A stretch of 64,000 nt of DNA from Squalus acanthias. Its lineage: Eukaryota. This document shows, in pieces, positions 1-12,489 of this stretch. Location of the stretch: NCBI GenBank assembly GCA_030390025.1, contig CM059433.1:22942001-23006000 (forward strand), given 5' to 3'. The notes beneath the pieces are model-generated. The model was given only the letters and a program-made list of their open reading frames with translations. It was not told where the DNA came from and searched no databases. Position 1 is the first letter of the stretch; every line of letters begins with the position of its first letter. The position numbers and the translations under genes were made by a program.

Positions 1-33
1 CCACAGATTGGATGAAACTTCTGATGTTATATG

Positions 34-560
34 AAAGGATATACTTGCCATAGAGGGAGTGCAGCGAAGGTTCACCAGACTGATTCCTGGGATGGCAGGA
101 CTGTTGTATGAGGAGAGATTGGGTCGACTAGGCCTGTATTCACTAGAGTTTAGAAGAATGAGAGGGGATCACATTGAAACGTATAAAATTCTGACAGGGT
201 TAGACAGACTGGATGCAGGGAGGATGTTTCCCCTGGCTGGGGGGTCTAGAACGAGGGCTCACAGTCTCAGGATACGGGGTAGGACATTTAGGACTGAGAT
301 GAGGAGAAATTTCTTCACTCAGAGGGTGGTGAACCTGTGGAATTCTCTACCACAGCAGGCTGTGGAGGCCAAGTCACTGAATCTATTTAAGAAGGAGATA
401 GATAGATTTCTAGACACAAAATGCATCAAGGGGTATGGGGAGAGAGCGGGAATATGGTATTGAGCTAGAGGATCAGCCATGATCATATTGAATGGCGGAG
501 CAGGCTCGAAGAGCCGAATGGCCTACTCCTGCTCCTATTTTTCTATGTTTTTTCTATGTT
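34..560 (+). mobile_element. CR1/HER1-like LINE 3' fragment (ORF2 C-terminus and 3' tail)
   Basis: ORF 59-463 reads QRRFTRLIPGM...LYSLEFRRMRGD...FFTQRVVNLWNSLP, a typical CR1 ORF2 end; TTCTATGT-type tail. Confidence 0.92.
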
Positions 561-2034
561 TCAAGATTCAATTTGTCCAGATAAGGCCCCGTCCACAAAA
601 CTGGCCACATCACCATATCTAAATAGCAAGATTTCACCGATTGAGCTGGTTCGGGAAGGCTCTCCAAATTGCAATCATTTTCTTTGGCGTGCAGGCACTA
701 GTCGGCACGTTTTAAATGTTTTTTCATACCAAAAAAGAGTTAATTTACTAAGACACTAACTAGTGCACACCAATGAAACCATTAAATGGTTCAGTATCGT
801 TTTTTTAAAGTCATTTTCAGTGATTTTAAATCAGGTTATTCACAGCTGGGGGACTGGACAACTTTATTAAAATGTCTTATTTTTGGTGATAAACCTATTC
901 TCAGCTGTATTAATAAAACTGCACCAGGTTCCCACTCCTTACATCAAGGAATACTTTTTAATGGAAAGAAAAAAAGAAACCATTACGCTGTGTCACGCTG
1001 CCCGATTGCGCTGGTTCATGGCAGATTAACTTCCCCATCTAAGTCTGATATGTAAATGAGATACAACAGGAGTCCAAGCATTGTAGTTTGTAATTATGCA
1101 AATTAATTTTACTGGCAACTTGAACTGTAACCTAACCAGCACAATTTCAAGCTCATTTTGGGTGCAATTTCCCGATCGATCGTGCTCAAGGCGGAAACTC
1201 TACCTTTTGTCTTTACTCTCCTCTATGAAACAAGCTTTGGTCAATTTCAATCAGTTTCTAGTGGGCACTAAATTAACAATTTCACACAGAGAAACCACGG
1301 AATGGATCAAACTTCTGATGTTATATGAAAGGAATATGAGTGGTCTCTATATAGTTTCTAATGTGTCCACAAAACTGCCCTTGATACTGAATTTGCAATC
1401 TTACTCAAAGGGACCACAAGTATAACTGGTGTGGGAAGTATAAATAGGGGAAGGTGTTGAGTAGAGTACAACAGGGATCAATGCTTGGACTTCTGTTGTA
1501 TCTCATCTACATATCAGACTTAGACAGAGAAATTAATTGCAAGCTCATTAAATGAGTAAACGCCATTTCTCCAGAGTTTCTGCGGATCTTTCGGCAAAGT
1601 TACGGCGGACAATCAGAAGAACCCCTGGCCACTCAGCCCATCACACCTGTGCCGATTCTGCGAGAATGGGATTAGACTAGGTGGCTAAGTGGAGAAAAAC
1701 ACTGGCAGGGGTCTTGAAGAGCAATATAGCTTGTTTTTATGCTATGATATGCTAGGATTCCATGAAGTGCCTTTGATTGGTCAAATGGGTCTGCCTTATG
1801 TTTGACATTTCCTTCTATGTTTGTTTTCTTCAACGGTGCAGCAGGAGTACTTTCTGATCTGGGGTTACTCGATACTGATACAGGGCACCTGGAAGGAAGG
1901 AGTGGGCACAAAAACTTTGGGGATAAAAATTGTTCGCTGCAAGTGGAAACCCAGTTACGAAACTGGTGGCTTTTAATCTGAAAATACACAAAATCAAAAT
2001 TCTACCTTTTCACATAACTTTGCAAATTAACATT

Positions 2035-2160
2035 GGCCGGGAATTCCCTCGCAGCCACTCCCACTTCGCCACCGTCGCTTCACTGGAATTGCGACACAAA
2101 TCCCGATCACTCCGGGGTTACGGCACTGGAGCGAGTGAAGCTCAGAGCAAATCCCCAGCC
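2035..2160. mobile_element. Short Harbinger-like MITE
   Basis: Imperfect TIRs GGCCGGGAATT / AAATCCCCAGCC; GC-rich island in AT-rich DNA. Confidence 0.45.
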
Positions 2161-2597
2161 AATATATTACCACCCATCTTCTTACCGACCACTTCAGAAT
2201 AGCAGAGCAATACAAAATATAAGATAATCATAGGATAATGGAAAATACTTTTAAAACAGTTAAAATTGTACCAGCTGCAATGTGAGCACCACTGTGCCTC
2301 GTCCTTTCCCACCAGAAAGCAGCTGGCTTCAGATTTCATGATTTCTTTTTCAATTTTATTGGTAATCCAAATGGCTATTAGTAGATTAGCATGAGTATAG
2401 TAGCAGCAGGATAATTGTGTTGAAATTATGAAGATTCTGTTTGGGGAAACACTCGATTTAAATAAATTTACATCTAATATTTTTCATGAGGACCTTTAAC
2501 ATTATGATGTGTACCATCTTTCAAAAATGACATTAATTCATATGACATTAAATGACAAGGGCCCCATTCTGCAAGTGTCAGTAATATATAGTTTAAA

Positions 2598-3137
2598 ACA
2601 AGGCACAAGTAAGGAATGTGATGGAATATTCTCCACTTGCCTGGATGAGTGCAGCTCCAACAACACTCAAGAAGCTCGACACCATCCAGGACAAAGCATC
2701 CCACTTGATTGGCACCCCATCCACCACCTTAAACATTCACTCCCTCCACCACTGGCATATAATGGCTGCAGTGTGTACCATCTACAAGATGCACTGCAGT
2801 AACTCGCCAAGGCTTCTTCGGCAGCACCTCCCAAACCCGCGACCTCTTCCACCTAGAAGGACAAGGGCAGCAGGCGCATGGGAACACCACCACCTCCAAG
2901 TTCCCCTCCAAGTCACGCACCATCCTGACTTGGAAGTATATCGCCGATCCTTCATCGTCGCTGGGTCAAAATCCTGGAACTCCCTACCTAACAGCACTGT
3001 GGGAGTACCTTCACCACACGGACTGCAGTGGTTCAAGAAGGCAGCTCACCACCACCTTCTCCAGGGCAATTAGGGATGGGCAATAAATGCTGACCTTGCC
3101 AGCGACGCCCACATCCCATAAACGAATTTAAAAAAAT
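2598..3137 (+). mobile_element. CR1-group LINE family B, 3' fragment
   Basis: MEYSPLAWMSAAPTTLKKLDTIQDKA...SWNSLP ORF2 end, then GGGATGGGCAATAAATGCTG 3' end and an A-rich tail; recurs many times in the window. Confidence 0.85.
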
Positions 3138-3630
3138 AGTCCAGACACAGTACCAGTTGAGGTTGAAGCCTGATTTGGCAGTTAATGCCACAACCAGTGT
3201 GAATTCAACTCAGTACTAGTGGACTAAAGCATCGACTGAACCAATTACTAGCAGTAGATCACATCACCTTAGGTTAAGTTGCCATTTTCCAATAACTTGA
3301 AGCTATAATGCCATGATGCTCTGTTAAAAGCGCTATATAAATGCAAGTTGTTGTTGTTATTGAGTACCATAGATCACATGTCGACTAACCTTTAATGTCA
3401 CCATCACACTTAAGATATTGGGGGAGAATTTCCGGATGTCCTGTCATGATTTTGGTGGAAGGTCGGTGGAAACCCTAGAGTAAATGGCCACTTCTCTCAG
3501 GGTTTCGCCAAAGTTACAGCTGCAGATCAGGAAAACCTCATGGAAATTCCAGGCAAGCATATTTGATTGTTGAGTGGACTGGAAAAAAATTACTTTTAAA
3601 TGAGCACGTAAAGCTTACTAAAGCAATATA

Positions 3631-5625
3631 GGCCTAGAATCCCATGCGGTAAGTTGCACTGCTTTTACACTGATGGAAAATGAGTTGTGCCCACTGATGG
3701 CCTGGAGAGGTACTTACACCAGAATTTCATGGGTCAGTTCCTTTGCATATCCATTGGAGTAGTGATTGGCGTAAATCCCATGTAAAATGGGAGTACTTAT
3801 TTGGTGCTGACATTCAATCAGATGATGATTATTGGCACAGTCATGTAGGGGAAAAGAGTTTTGTCATGTTCTAGGATGAGTACTAGATTGAAGGAGTGTT
3901 CCTTTAGTTGGAGATGGGGAAGCAGGAGGTAGGGCAGTGGTGTCAAAGTTACACAGTGTTAAACTAAAGAGATGATTTAAGTGATGAGATGTGCTTTGAT
4001 GCCCCTTGCAGCTGTCAGTGAGGAGTCCTCTTAGTGAAGATCATAGTGATACTCCCCTCCAAGTAGGTCTGCCCTCAAAGCAGATAGGGATGCCTCCAAG
4101 ACAATGGCCAAGTTCAGACCTTTTTGTATGGCAAAGTTGTGCAGGAAACACGAGGTGTGACACATGATCTAAAGAATACTGCAGAGCCCCTCCCAATCTG
4201 TATAGGCAACAAGGGCATCTCATTAAGATGACAATAGTCCCCCTGATGATCATTCTTGTAGAGGCATATGGTCCATTGTAAAGGGAAAAAAAGAAAGAAC
4301 TTGCATTTATATAGTGCCTTTCACAACCTCAGGATATCCCAAAGCGCTTACAATCAATTAAGTACTTTTTTAAGCGTAGTCACTGTAGGGAAATGCAGTA
4401 ACCAATTTGCGCACAGCCCCACAAACAATGTGATAATGACCAAATAATCTGTTTTAGTGATGTTGGTTGAGGGGATGAATATTGGCCAGGACTCTTGGGA
4501 GAACTCCCCTGTGCTTCAAAAAGTGCCATGGGATCTTTTACATCCACCTGAGAGGGCAAACAGGGTCTCATTCTAATGTCTCATCCTAAAATGGCACCTG
4601 CAACAGTGCAGCACTCCATTTGGACTGCACTGTCAGGCTAGATTATGTGCTTAAGACTCTGGAGTGGGATTTGAACACATAACATTCTGACTCAGAGGCT
4701 AGAACTGAGAGTGCTACAACTGAGCCAAGGCAAATGTATTTGTAATACTCGCCTGTTGCTGTTTGGGCCTCTCTTAGGTGGGGCACTATTCACGGAGCGG
4801 AGGTAGGCCTTCTCACCCATAAGCCATCCATTGATATGACTTTCATCTCAAAGAGGTCAAAGAGGGCTGACTTTTGAAGGATGAATGCATTGTGACAACT
4901 TCCAGCGTATCTCACTTTGACGTGCTGGATCTTGAACGCATCTCACACATAACTGGTATATTTAGGGTGTGGAAGGCCTTCTTGTTGAAGCTTTATTTTG
5001 GTAACAGCTCACAAAGCATTGTGGGCCAAATCCTGAGAAAACCAGCAACACTGTAAAACTGGTTACTGCCTTGCTGTGATGTCAAAGATCATGAATTCCC
5101 CAGCTTTCTTGTAAAGTGCGAGATTGACCTGATGAATGTGTGCCAGAACTGCCCGCTGGCCAATATTGCAGAGATTCTCCCATGGCTGCACGAAATAAGC
5201 CTGTGCTATAGAAGTTTAGTGTGCTCATCACCTTCATAAGTACAGAGAAAGCAATTTGGGCAGATGATCCTAGCTGCAGGTCCTCATGAAGTAGCTGGCA
5301 GTGCTGCCCTGTTGCCTCTTTAGTGAAATGTACCCTAATAATCATATCTCCTCACTAAGGATCTCCTATAACCTTTGTTGCCTGTATATTCTATGGAAGG
5401 GGGATAATATCTGGTTGGGTATATCCTCCTTAAATGCTGCCTGACTCTCCTTTCCTCCAACGCGTGCTACTCCTCCCCATCCATGATAATGGCATACAAG
5501 GGAATGCAATAGGGAATACCATGCAATAGGGAATATCATACCTGCTCCCGAGGAGCCCTCAATGTATGTGGGGGCGGGGCAGCATGAAAATCTCCCAGTG
5601 ATCTCACACTGTCAGAATCTAGTCC
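3631..5625 (-). mobile_element. Decayed PIF/Harbinger element with transposase pseudogene
   Basis: Minus-strand remnants VMSTLNFYSTG (ORF 5082-5345), IQHVKVRYAGSCHNAFILQKS (~4860-4935) and CLYRLGGALQYS (ORF 4041-4253) are colinear with the transposase at 50412-52371; possible TIRs GGCCTAGAATC / GAATCTAGTCC; interrupted by a SINE. Confidence 0.72.
4290..4731 (-). mobile_element. DeuSINE-family (SacSINE1-like) tRNA-derived SINE
   Basis: tRNA-like head, Deu-domain-like GTAAAAGATCCCATGGCACT core, L2-like CTATATAAATGCAAGT tail. Confidence 0.8.
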
Positions 5626-5923
5626 AGGTCTGTGTAGGCAGAATGCCAAAAAAATTCGCTACAAAAAGAAATTCCCGGCTGCAGAAATCACTACTGAAAC
5701 TCTCCACACTCTTCAGGCTTACAAACTACTCACTACAACCTGTCCCAGGTGACCCAGGCAAGAGATGCCCCTTATAGTTCTCGGTCTAATTTACCCCGAG
5801 CGATTTGCAAGTATAAAACCAGCAGTTGCCACATCACCAGCTCTCCTTATAATATATCTAAACAAGCTCACTCAGGACTCGGCAGATGTGAGGGAATTTG
5901 GGGTGGGGGGAAACAAAATGTTA

Positions 5924-6825
5924 TCAGCCATGCCTCAGTTGGTAGCATAAGAACATAAGAACATAAGAAGTAAGAGCAGGAATAGGCCATACGGCCCCTC
6001 GAGCCTGCTTCGCCATTCAATAAGATCATGGCTGATCATCGACCTCAACTCCACTTTCCCGCCCGATCTCCATATCCCTTGATTCCCCTAGAGTCCAAAA
6101 ATCTATCTATCTCAGCCTTGAATATACTCAAAGACTGAACATTCACAGCCCTCTGGGGCAGAGAATTCCAAAGATTCACAACCCTCTGAGTGAAGAAATT
6201 CTTCCTCATCTCAGTCTTAAATGGCCCACCACTTATCCTGAGACTATGCCCCCTAGTTCTAGACACTCCAGCCAGGGGAAACAACCTCTCAGCATCTACC
6301 CTGTCAATCCCCTTCAGAATTTTGTATGTTTCAATGAGATCACCTCTCAGTCTTCTAAACTCCAGAGAGTATAGGCCCATTCTACACAATCTCTCATCAT
6401 AGGACAGCCCTCTCATCCCAGTAGCAGAGTCAGAAGGTTGTGGATTCAGAGACTTGAGCACAAAATGTTGGCTAACACTTCTGAGGGAGTGCTGAACTGT
6501 CAGAGGTGCCGTCTTTCAGAGGAGACATTAAACCAAGGTCCCATTTGTCCTTTCAGGTGGACGTACAAGATCCCATGGCACTATCTTGAAGAAGAGCAGG
6601 AGAGTTTTCCCCGACGTCCTGGCCAATATTTATCCTTCAACCAACATCACTAAAAACAGATTATCTGGTCATTATCACATTGATGTTTGTGGGACCTTGC
6701 CATGTGCTGCCTACATTACAACAGCAACTACACTTCAAAAGTATTTAATTGGCTATAAGGTGCTTTGGGACATCAAGAAGTCGTGAAAGGCGCTATATAA
6801 ATGCAAGTCTTTCTTCTTCTTTCTT
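5924..6825 (+). mobile_element. DeuSINE-family SINE split by a CR1 insertion
   Basis: Head at 5924-5947 resumes at 6421; Deu-like core; GGCGCTATATAAATGCAAGT tail. Confidence 0.78.
5948..6420 (-). mobile_element. CR1/HER1-like LINE 3' fragment
   Basis: ORF 6045-6461(-) is a CR1 ORF2 end; CATAAGAA repeat tail; GTAGCA on both sides (possible TSD). Confidence 0.9.
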
Positions 6826-7294
6826 TCAAAGAGTCACTTAACTGATTCTACGCTGAAGTTACACCAAAAACATTGTGGAAATTCTAGGCTATAATGTATT
6901 GTATGCAATTTTATTTTAAAAGTGTTGGGCTGTGCATGATTGCTAACGAATCGATTTGCTTCACATTTCATCACTGCCTTGTTCTGAAGGAACCTCAGGG
7001 CACAGCTTGCATTCTCAATGTTGTTCAAATTTTTCAGTAATGAAAACCAGGTTCAGCACAAATATATGAAAATGTTAGAATTTAAATGTATTCTCAACTG
7101 ATGTTGAACATAAAGAGAGGATTATATGTTGCAACTATAGATATATGTTTCATATATAGTTACCAAGGTTTGGGAGGACTTAAGATCCTTTACATTGGGA
7201 CCTTAGTAGCCTATTACCCACAGAATCAGTATCTTTCAAGGAGATCTTGAATGGCAACATTCTGTAGCTTTCTACCCATGCAGTAAAGAGATTA

Positions 7295-7442
7295 AATTGA
7301 GAGGTCGCACAATCACAAGCTTTCGGAGTTACAACTCCTTCGTCGGGTGAAGTGATTTAAAATAAAACTGTTGGACTATAACCTGGTGTTGTGCGACCTC
7401 TCAATTTTGTCCACCCCAGTCCAACACCGGCATCTCCGCATC
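7295..7442. mobile_element. Short Penelope-derived fold-back insertion (hammerhead family A)
   Basis: 12-bp TSD GTAAAGAGATTA (7283-7294, 7443-7454); inverted arms; asymmetric tail TCCACCCCAGTCCAACACCGGCATCTCCGCATC. Confidence 0.8.
7313..7350 (-). ncRNA. Minimal type I hammerhead ribozyme motif, core variant
   Basis: Minus strand TCAC-CCGACGA-A-GGAGT-TGTA-ACTCC-GAAA-GC-TT-GTGA; core U4 changed to C. Confidence 0.6.
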
Positions 7443-7562
7443 GTAAAGAGATTAGCCAGAGAAGCAACTGCTGATTGTTGAAATCAATCATAGAAGGACA
7501 GCCTTGTGGGACCAAGTTGCCTTTTTTTCTTCACAAAGATTCTCTGGGTGGATTTTAAGAAT

Positions 7563-7833
7563 TCATGCACCAGAAGAACATTTCACCACCACCTCCAAGT
7601 TCCCCTCCACGTCACGCACCATCCTAACTTGGAAATATATCGCCGTTACTTCATCGTCACTGGGTCAAAATCCTGGAACTCCCTCCCTAACAGCCCTGTG
7701 GGAGAACCTTCACCACACGGACTGCAGCGGTTCAAGAAGGCGGCTCACCACCACCTTCTCAAGGGCAATTAGGGATGGGCAATAAATGCTGGCCTTGCCA
7801 GCGACGCCTACATCCCATGAGCGAATAAAAAAA
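7563..7833 (+). mobile_element. CR1-group LINE family B, 3' end
   Basis: Matches the 3' part of 2598-3137. Confidence 0.85.
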
Positions 7834-8528
7834 AGATGGTTGGGCATGGAGATCAGTTCGCTCCACCGGCTTTTCCATCCATTCACTTTAATAGATGGAA
7901 AATCTTTTGCGTCCACTGACCTCTGCTTTTAAATTCCCAATATTTATTCCCAGCACCCGAGGTAATGCTGACCCTGTTCCATTAACTAGGCCCAACCTAA
8001 TTACATAACACCATGTGAAACTGTGAGAACCATTTGCTTCTGGGTGTATCTGGACTATTTACGAGCCAAGGGAAGGATACAAGTGGTTTATTTCAGTTTG
8101 GTATAGAGGTGTGGTGAGGGTGTTTCATGGGCATCATCTTTTAACAGGCTGATAGGTCCACTAGTCTGTTAGTGTTGACTCTCTGGCATGCATAGCATAC
8201 TGCAGGGAACCTAGTCACAGGGGATAATTTTCAACTTCAGTTTGGAATAAAAAGTTCAAATAATTCATATAAAAACTAGTCTAGTCCCAAAGCGTTGTAC
8301 ATCAGGAATCAAGACCTGCACAACGCTGACATTTTTATCCTGTGTGCCCAAAGAATGATGACAGCACATCCTAAAACAGTGGACAACACAAGCTTCTATT
8401 GTAAGAATATGAAGATCACAAATTAATGAAATAAAGTAAAGAAGTTAAATTACAATATATGCTACAGATTACTCCTTTTTAGTCAACGTAGCTTAATTCA
8501 AATTAACTGAATTCATTATTAGCACTAC

Positions 8529-8930
8529 GGACTGGATTTTGTCAATGGGGAGCTTTTGGAGGCGGGTCTCCCACTTGTCGGGTTTCAGTCCCGCCTCCAT
8601 CGACTTGTGGCCAACCCACGCTATTTTCCCTTGATTGACCTTGTTAAGCCCGCCCAGCACTCCGACCCCCGCAGACCCACGGCCCGCCTCGCTGACCCTG
8701 GCGAGGTTCGGAGCCGCCGGGAAGCCCACACTACAGGGCTCAAAATAGGGATTAGTCAAAAAACTGCCTGTTAACTACCTGTTAACAGGCAGCTAATTGG
8801 CACTAATCCCCTTCCCGCCTCGAGGAAGATGGCACGGAGGCGGGTTGGGGGCGGGATGGGTACCCGCCCCCAGATTCTGCCATTTTCCCGGCAGTCCCGC
8901 CTCCAAACCCGGGCTGGCAAAATCGCCCCC
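8529..8930. mobile_element. Harbinger-like MITE
   Basis: Imperfect TIRs GGACTGGATTTTGTCA / TGGCAAAATCGCCCCC; internal GGCGGG/CCCGCC repeats. Confidence 0.55.
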
Positions 8931-9118
8931 ATATTTCCAACTTGGTGTATTGCTTAATTTGAATTCTTGGATAATTAAATTTAATTTTTTAGTGCAAAAG
9001 CAATTTTGAATTATCAGGAGTAGAATGTGCTGGCTTTTGCAACACCTACAATGGCAACAGAAAAATCAACACAAACCATATGCTGATATCTACTTGCAGA
9101 CAACAACAAAAGGCTACT

Positions 9119-9423
9119 GATCACAGAATCCCCACAGTGCAGATAGAGGCCATTTCGGCCCATCGAGCCTGCACCGACACATATCCCACCCTATCCCCGT
9201 AACCCCACATATTTAATCCCCCCTAACACTAAGGGTCAATTTATCATAGCCAAATCAACCTAACCCACACATCTTTGGACTGTGGGAGGAAACCGGAGCA
9301 AACCCACGCAGACACGGGGAGAATGTGCAAACTCCACACAGACAGTCACCCAAGGCCGGATTCGAACCCGGGTCCCTGGCGCTGTGAGGTAACAGTGCTA
9401 ACCACTATGCCACCGTGCTGCCC
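9119..9423 (-). mobile_element. HE1-like V-SINE
   Basis: tRNA head GGGCAGCACGGTGGCATAGTGGTTAGCACTG...GGTTCGAATCC; V-domain TGTGTGGAGTTTGCACATTCTCCCCGTGTCTGCGTGGGTTT; CR1-derived tail. Confidence 0.88.
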
Positions 9424-9469
9424 TAAATGAACCATATAGCAGTGCTAAGTTGGCATCACGGAACTAATA

Positions 9470-10160
9470 TATTAAAAGAGCACCAACAACTGCTGAATCA
9501 AGGGATTTATAGAGTGAAGAGCATCAGCAAATTAATCAATTAATTCAGCAATGAATTAAAAGTTAATGGAGCAGCCGGCATCAGCAAATTGATCAATTAT
9601 TACAGCCAGCAACATTAGAAAATGAATGAAGAAGCAGGCAGCAATGATTAATACATTCGTAGACCAGTGGACACACAAACAATAAATTAATGGAGCAGCA
9701 GGCACCAGTGAATTAATTTGTAAAGCAGCGAGCGCACCAACAGATCAATACATTCATGGGCCAGCAGGCACTTGTGACTTACTGAACTGAAAGAGCAGCG
9801 GGCAATAGAAAATTAGTAAGTTAATGGAGCAGTAAGAACAAGTGAATTAATAACTTGATAAAGTAGCGGATACACCAACAAGTCAATAATTTAATAGATA
9901 GGTAAACAACAAATCAATAGGAACATTGGGAACAGGAGTAGGCCATTCAGCCCCTCGAGCCATGAGATAATAGCTGATCTGCACCTGAACTTCATTTTCT
10001 CGCCTTTGCTTCATATCCCTTGATCGGGTGCACACTGACATAAACAACAAAGTCATGCAGTAATCGGCACCAGGGAATTACTGCATGAATGGCTCAGCAG
10101 GCAATAAATAATTAATGAATGAAGCAGCAGGGACCAACAAATGAACAAAGTAGTGGACAC
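9470..10160. repeat. Decayed minisatellite, period about 34-35 bp
   Basis: Recurring AATTAATGGAGCAGCAGGCACC-like units, e.g. near 9687, 9721, 9755, 9790, 9823, 9858; a CR1 3' scrap is inserted at ~9920-10023. Confidence 0.6.
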
Positions 10161-10805
10161 CCGTGATACCCCTTTCCTACCGCTGCCTCTTGTCCCTCGT
10201 GACTACCAACTGACTTTTGATGGTTTTGCCTGCAGTTTACGCAGAGGCACAACAATGGCCCGGAATTTGCTGTCCCGATGATGGCAAGCTGTCAGGGCTC
10301 GCCGTCATTTCGCCTTTGAAACTGCCCGCAACTTCAGGATTTAGCGCATGCGCAGCCTAACGTGGAAATCCTGGAGTTGCGGTCAGTCATTCACTGCTCC
10401 GACACTGGCTGCGCTGTGCCCCCCGCACCTCCCAACCGCCACCCCAACCACAGAGCCGGCAATCAGTGAAATCTCTCAAATCATGGAAACTGACAAAAAC
10501 TTTGGCTCTTCCGCGGTAATATCGCTCTTAAATATCCCATTAAAGGTTAGACCCAAAGGGATTAGGTGTAACTGGGGCTTTAACTGCATAGTGACTGTTA
10601 AACAAAGGTTATGGCCCTGAAAAACTAATTTTAATTTTGTGCAGTGTCAAATTTATCCATTTTAATAAAAATTGAAATTTTTAAGAAACTTTAAAAAAAT
10701 TTAAAGTCTTTTTTTAAGTTTGTTCATCTTTATTTCAGGTTTGCCTTTTCACAATGTGAGAGCCCCAATCTTTGTTTTTCTCTCCCTAACATTTTCAAAA
10801 AGTTA

Positions 10806-12480
10806 GGAGGCGAAATTCATTATCGCCCAGGAATGGGCGCAAACTTCAGAAAAGTTTGAGATTTAGTGCCAGGCGCTAATGAATCTCGTTGCACGCAAAA
10901 TTCATTTTCACCGCTCAAAGAAAGGATGGGAGCGCTAAATCAAGTGCTAATGACCTAGCTCAGTGGTGTTACACTCAAAGCAATTTCAGATGCAGTCTAA
11001 TCGCAAGTAAAGGGGAGGTTCATTGATGCTGCAGAACCTCATTCTCAGCATTGCTGGTTCTGCAGCTGTCTCAGCATGCAGCAGAAGGCCAAGGAAAAGG
11101 AACCGGACCACTGAAGGAGGTGTCATTATGGCAGATCAACGGCCCAGGGAGAGAGCTCGCAGACTCTGTGACCAAGCATTGAGGCATTGGTCTTCGCTGT
11201 GGAGAGATGGAGGGCAGTGCTCTACCTGTCTAGTGGCAGGAGGCCCTCGCCGCAAGTCTTCAGCACCATGTGGAGGGATGTAGCCCAGCATTTCTCAAGC
11301 AGCACTGTGGTCCCCAGGACCCACACACAGTGCAGGAAGAAATTTAACGACCTCACTTGGGTGGTCAGGGTGAGTCAATGCTTCAACAAATGTTACATAC
11401 CGCCATCTGAACCACAGTCTGCACACACTGGCCAAAGCACCACATCCCCAGCACTCACCCACCAACAATCTCTACCTACCAACACTCACACCCACATCTC
11501 ACACCTTGCACACAATGACAGCTATTCAACTATGGCAGGCACATCACCCAAACACATTGCTCCACACTCACTCACACACTTTCCTTTCTCTTGCAGGCCA
11601 AGGTCGCTCACAACAGGAAGAAGCAGGAGCGCACAGGCAGAGGACAACCTGACACCCAACCACTTTCTGAGCTGGAGGAAAGAGTGCTGCAGATTATTGG
11701 GCACCAGGTGGTGGGCGCCGTGGCCACTGGCGACGTTGACCCCCTTGGGGACAACAATGGTATGATCATCCCTACTCCTTCTCACATCCCACTTCCCCCT
11801 CACCCCACAAGCCTTTCCCACTTTCCAACTAATCATGCTGTATGCATGCATTTCTCCCTTCCTGCCCCCCTCCCCTCACCTGAACCCGACTCTTGTGCCT
11901 TTATGCTTTCAGATATGGAGCAAGCACCTGAGCAGCCTGTCCCTGAGGGCACCATAGAGAGCGAGGCGGAAGAAGAGGAGGACGAAGAACACACCGCGTC
12001 ACTGCATGTCTCACCTGCAGGCACCACCTTAGATATTGGCACTACACGTTCTTTAGAGGCTAGCATAGTAGTGGGATCTGCACAGGGTGATGCACCGAGG
12101 ACGAGCGGGCTGCAGCAAGGCCAGGGGGAAAGGATAGCTCGGGAGCCAGCTCCCCGGGGGGGGCAAGTTCGAGCGCGAGTAGTGCTGCACAGGACTCAGA
12201 TGAGGACCTCGATGGGGAGGCCTTTAGAAGAAATGTAATGGGCATGCACACGGAGATGATAGGAGCAATGGCAAGGGTGCCCCAGAGCCTCTCGCTAATG
12301 GTAAGGAGCGTGGAGGAGTCCGCCTCCAACATTGCACAGAGCTCTGCGCACATCATGGCGCCCATCATTTGCAGTCTGCAAAGGATGGTGGACTCCCAGA
12401 GAGAGCGTGGCTACCCAGACCTCATGACGGGTGTGGTGGGCGACGTTGCAGCTTCCATTGCAGCACAGGTGGAAGCCGCA
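10806..12480 (+). mobile_element. Truncated Harbinger element carrying a spliced Myb/SANT-like pseudogene
   Basis: TTA followed by a TIR-like GGAGGCGAAATTC end; exons 11128-11369, 11597-11759 and 11913-~12480 with GT-AG introns; WRDVAQ...RTHTQCRKKFNDL Myb/SANT motif; frameshifts. Confidence 0.8.
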
Positions 12481-12489
12481 CCATTGTCT

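Noticed and set aside
1672..2440. Two exon-like minus-strand segments with AG acceptors
   Set aside because: Translations resemble nothing I recognise; a non-coding transcript cannot be excluded or supported.
9350..9423. tRNA gene
   Set aside because: It is the tRNA-derived head of a V-SINE; the same applies to the other SINE heads.
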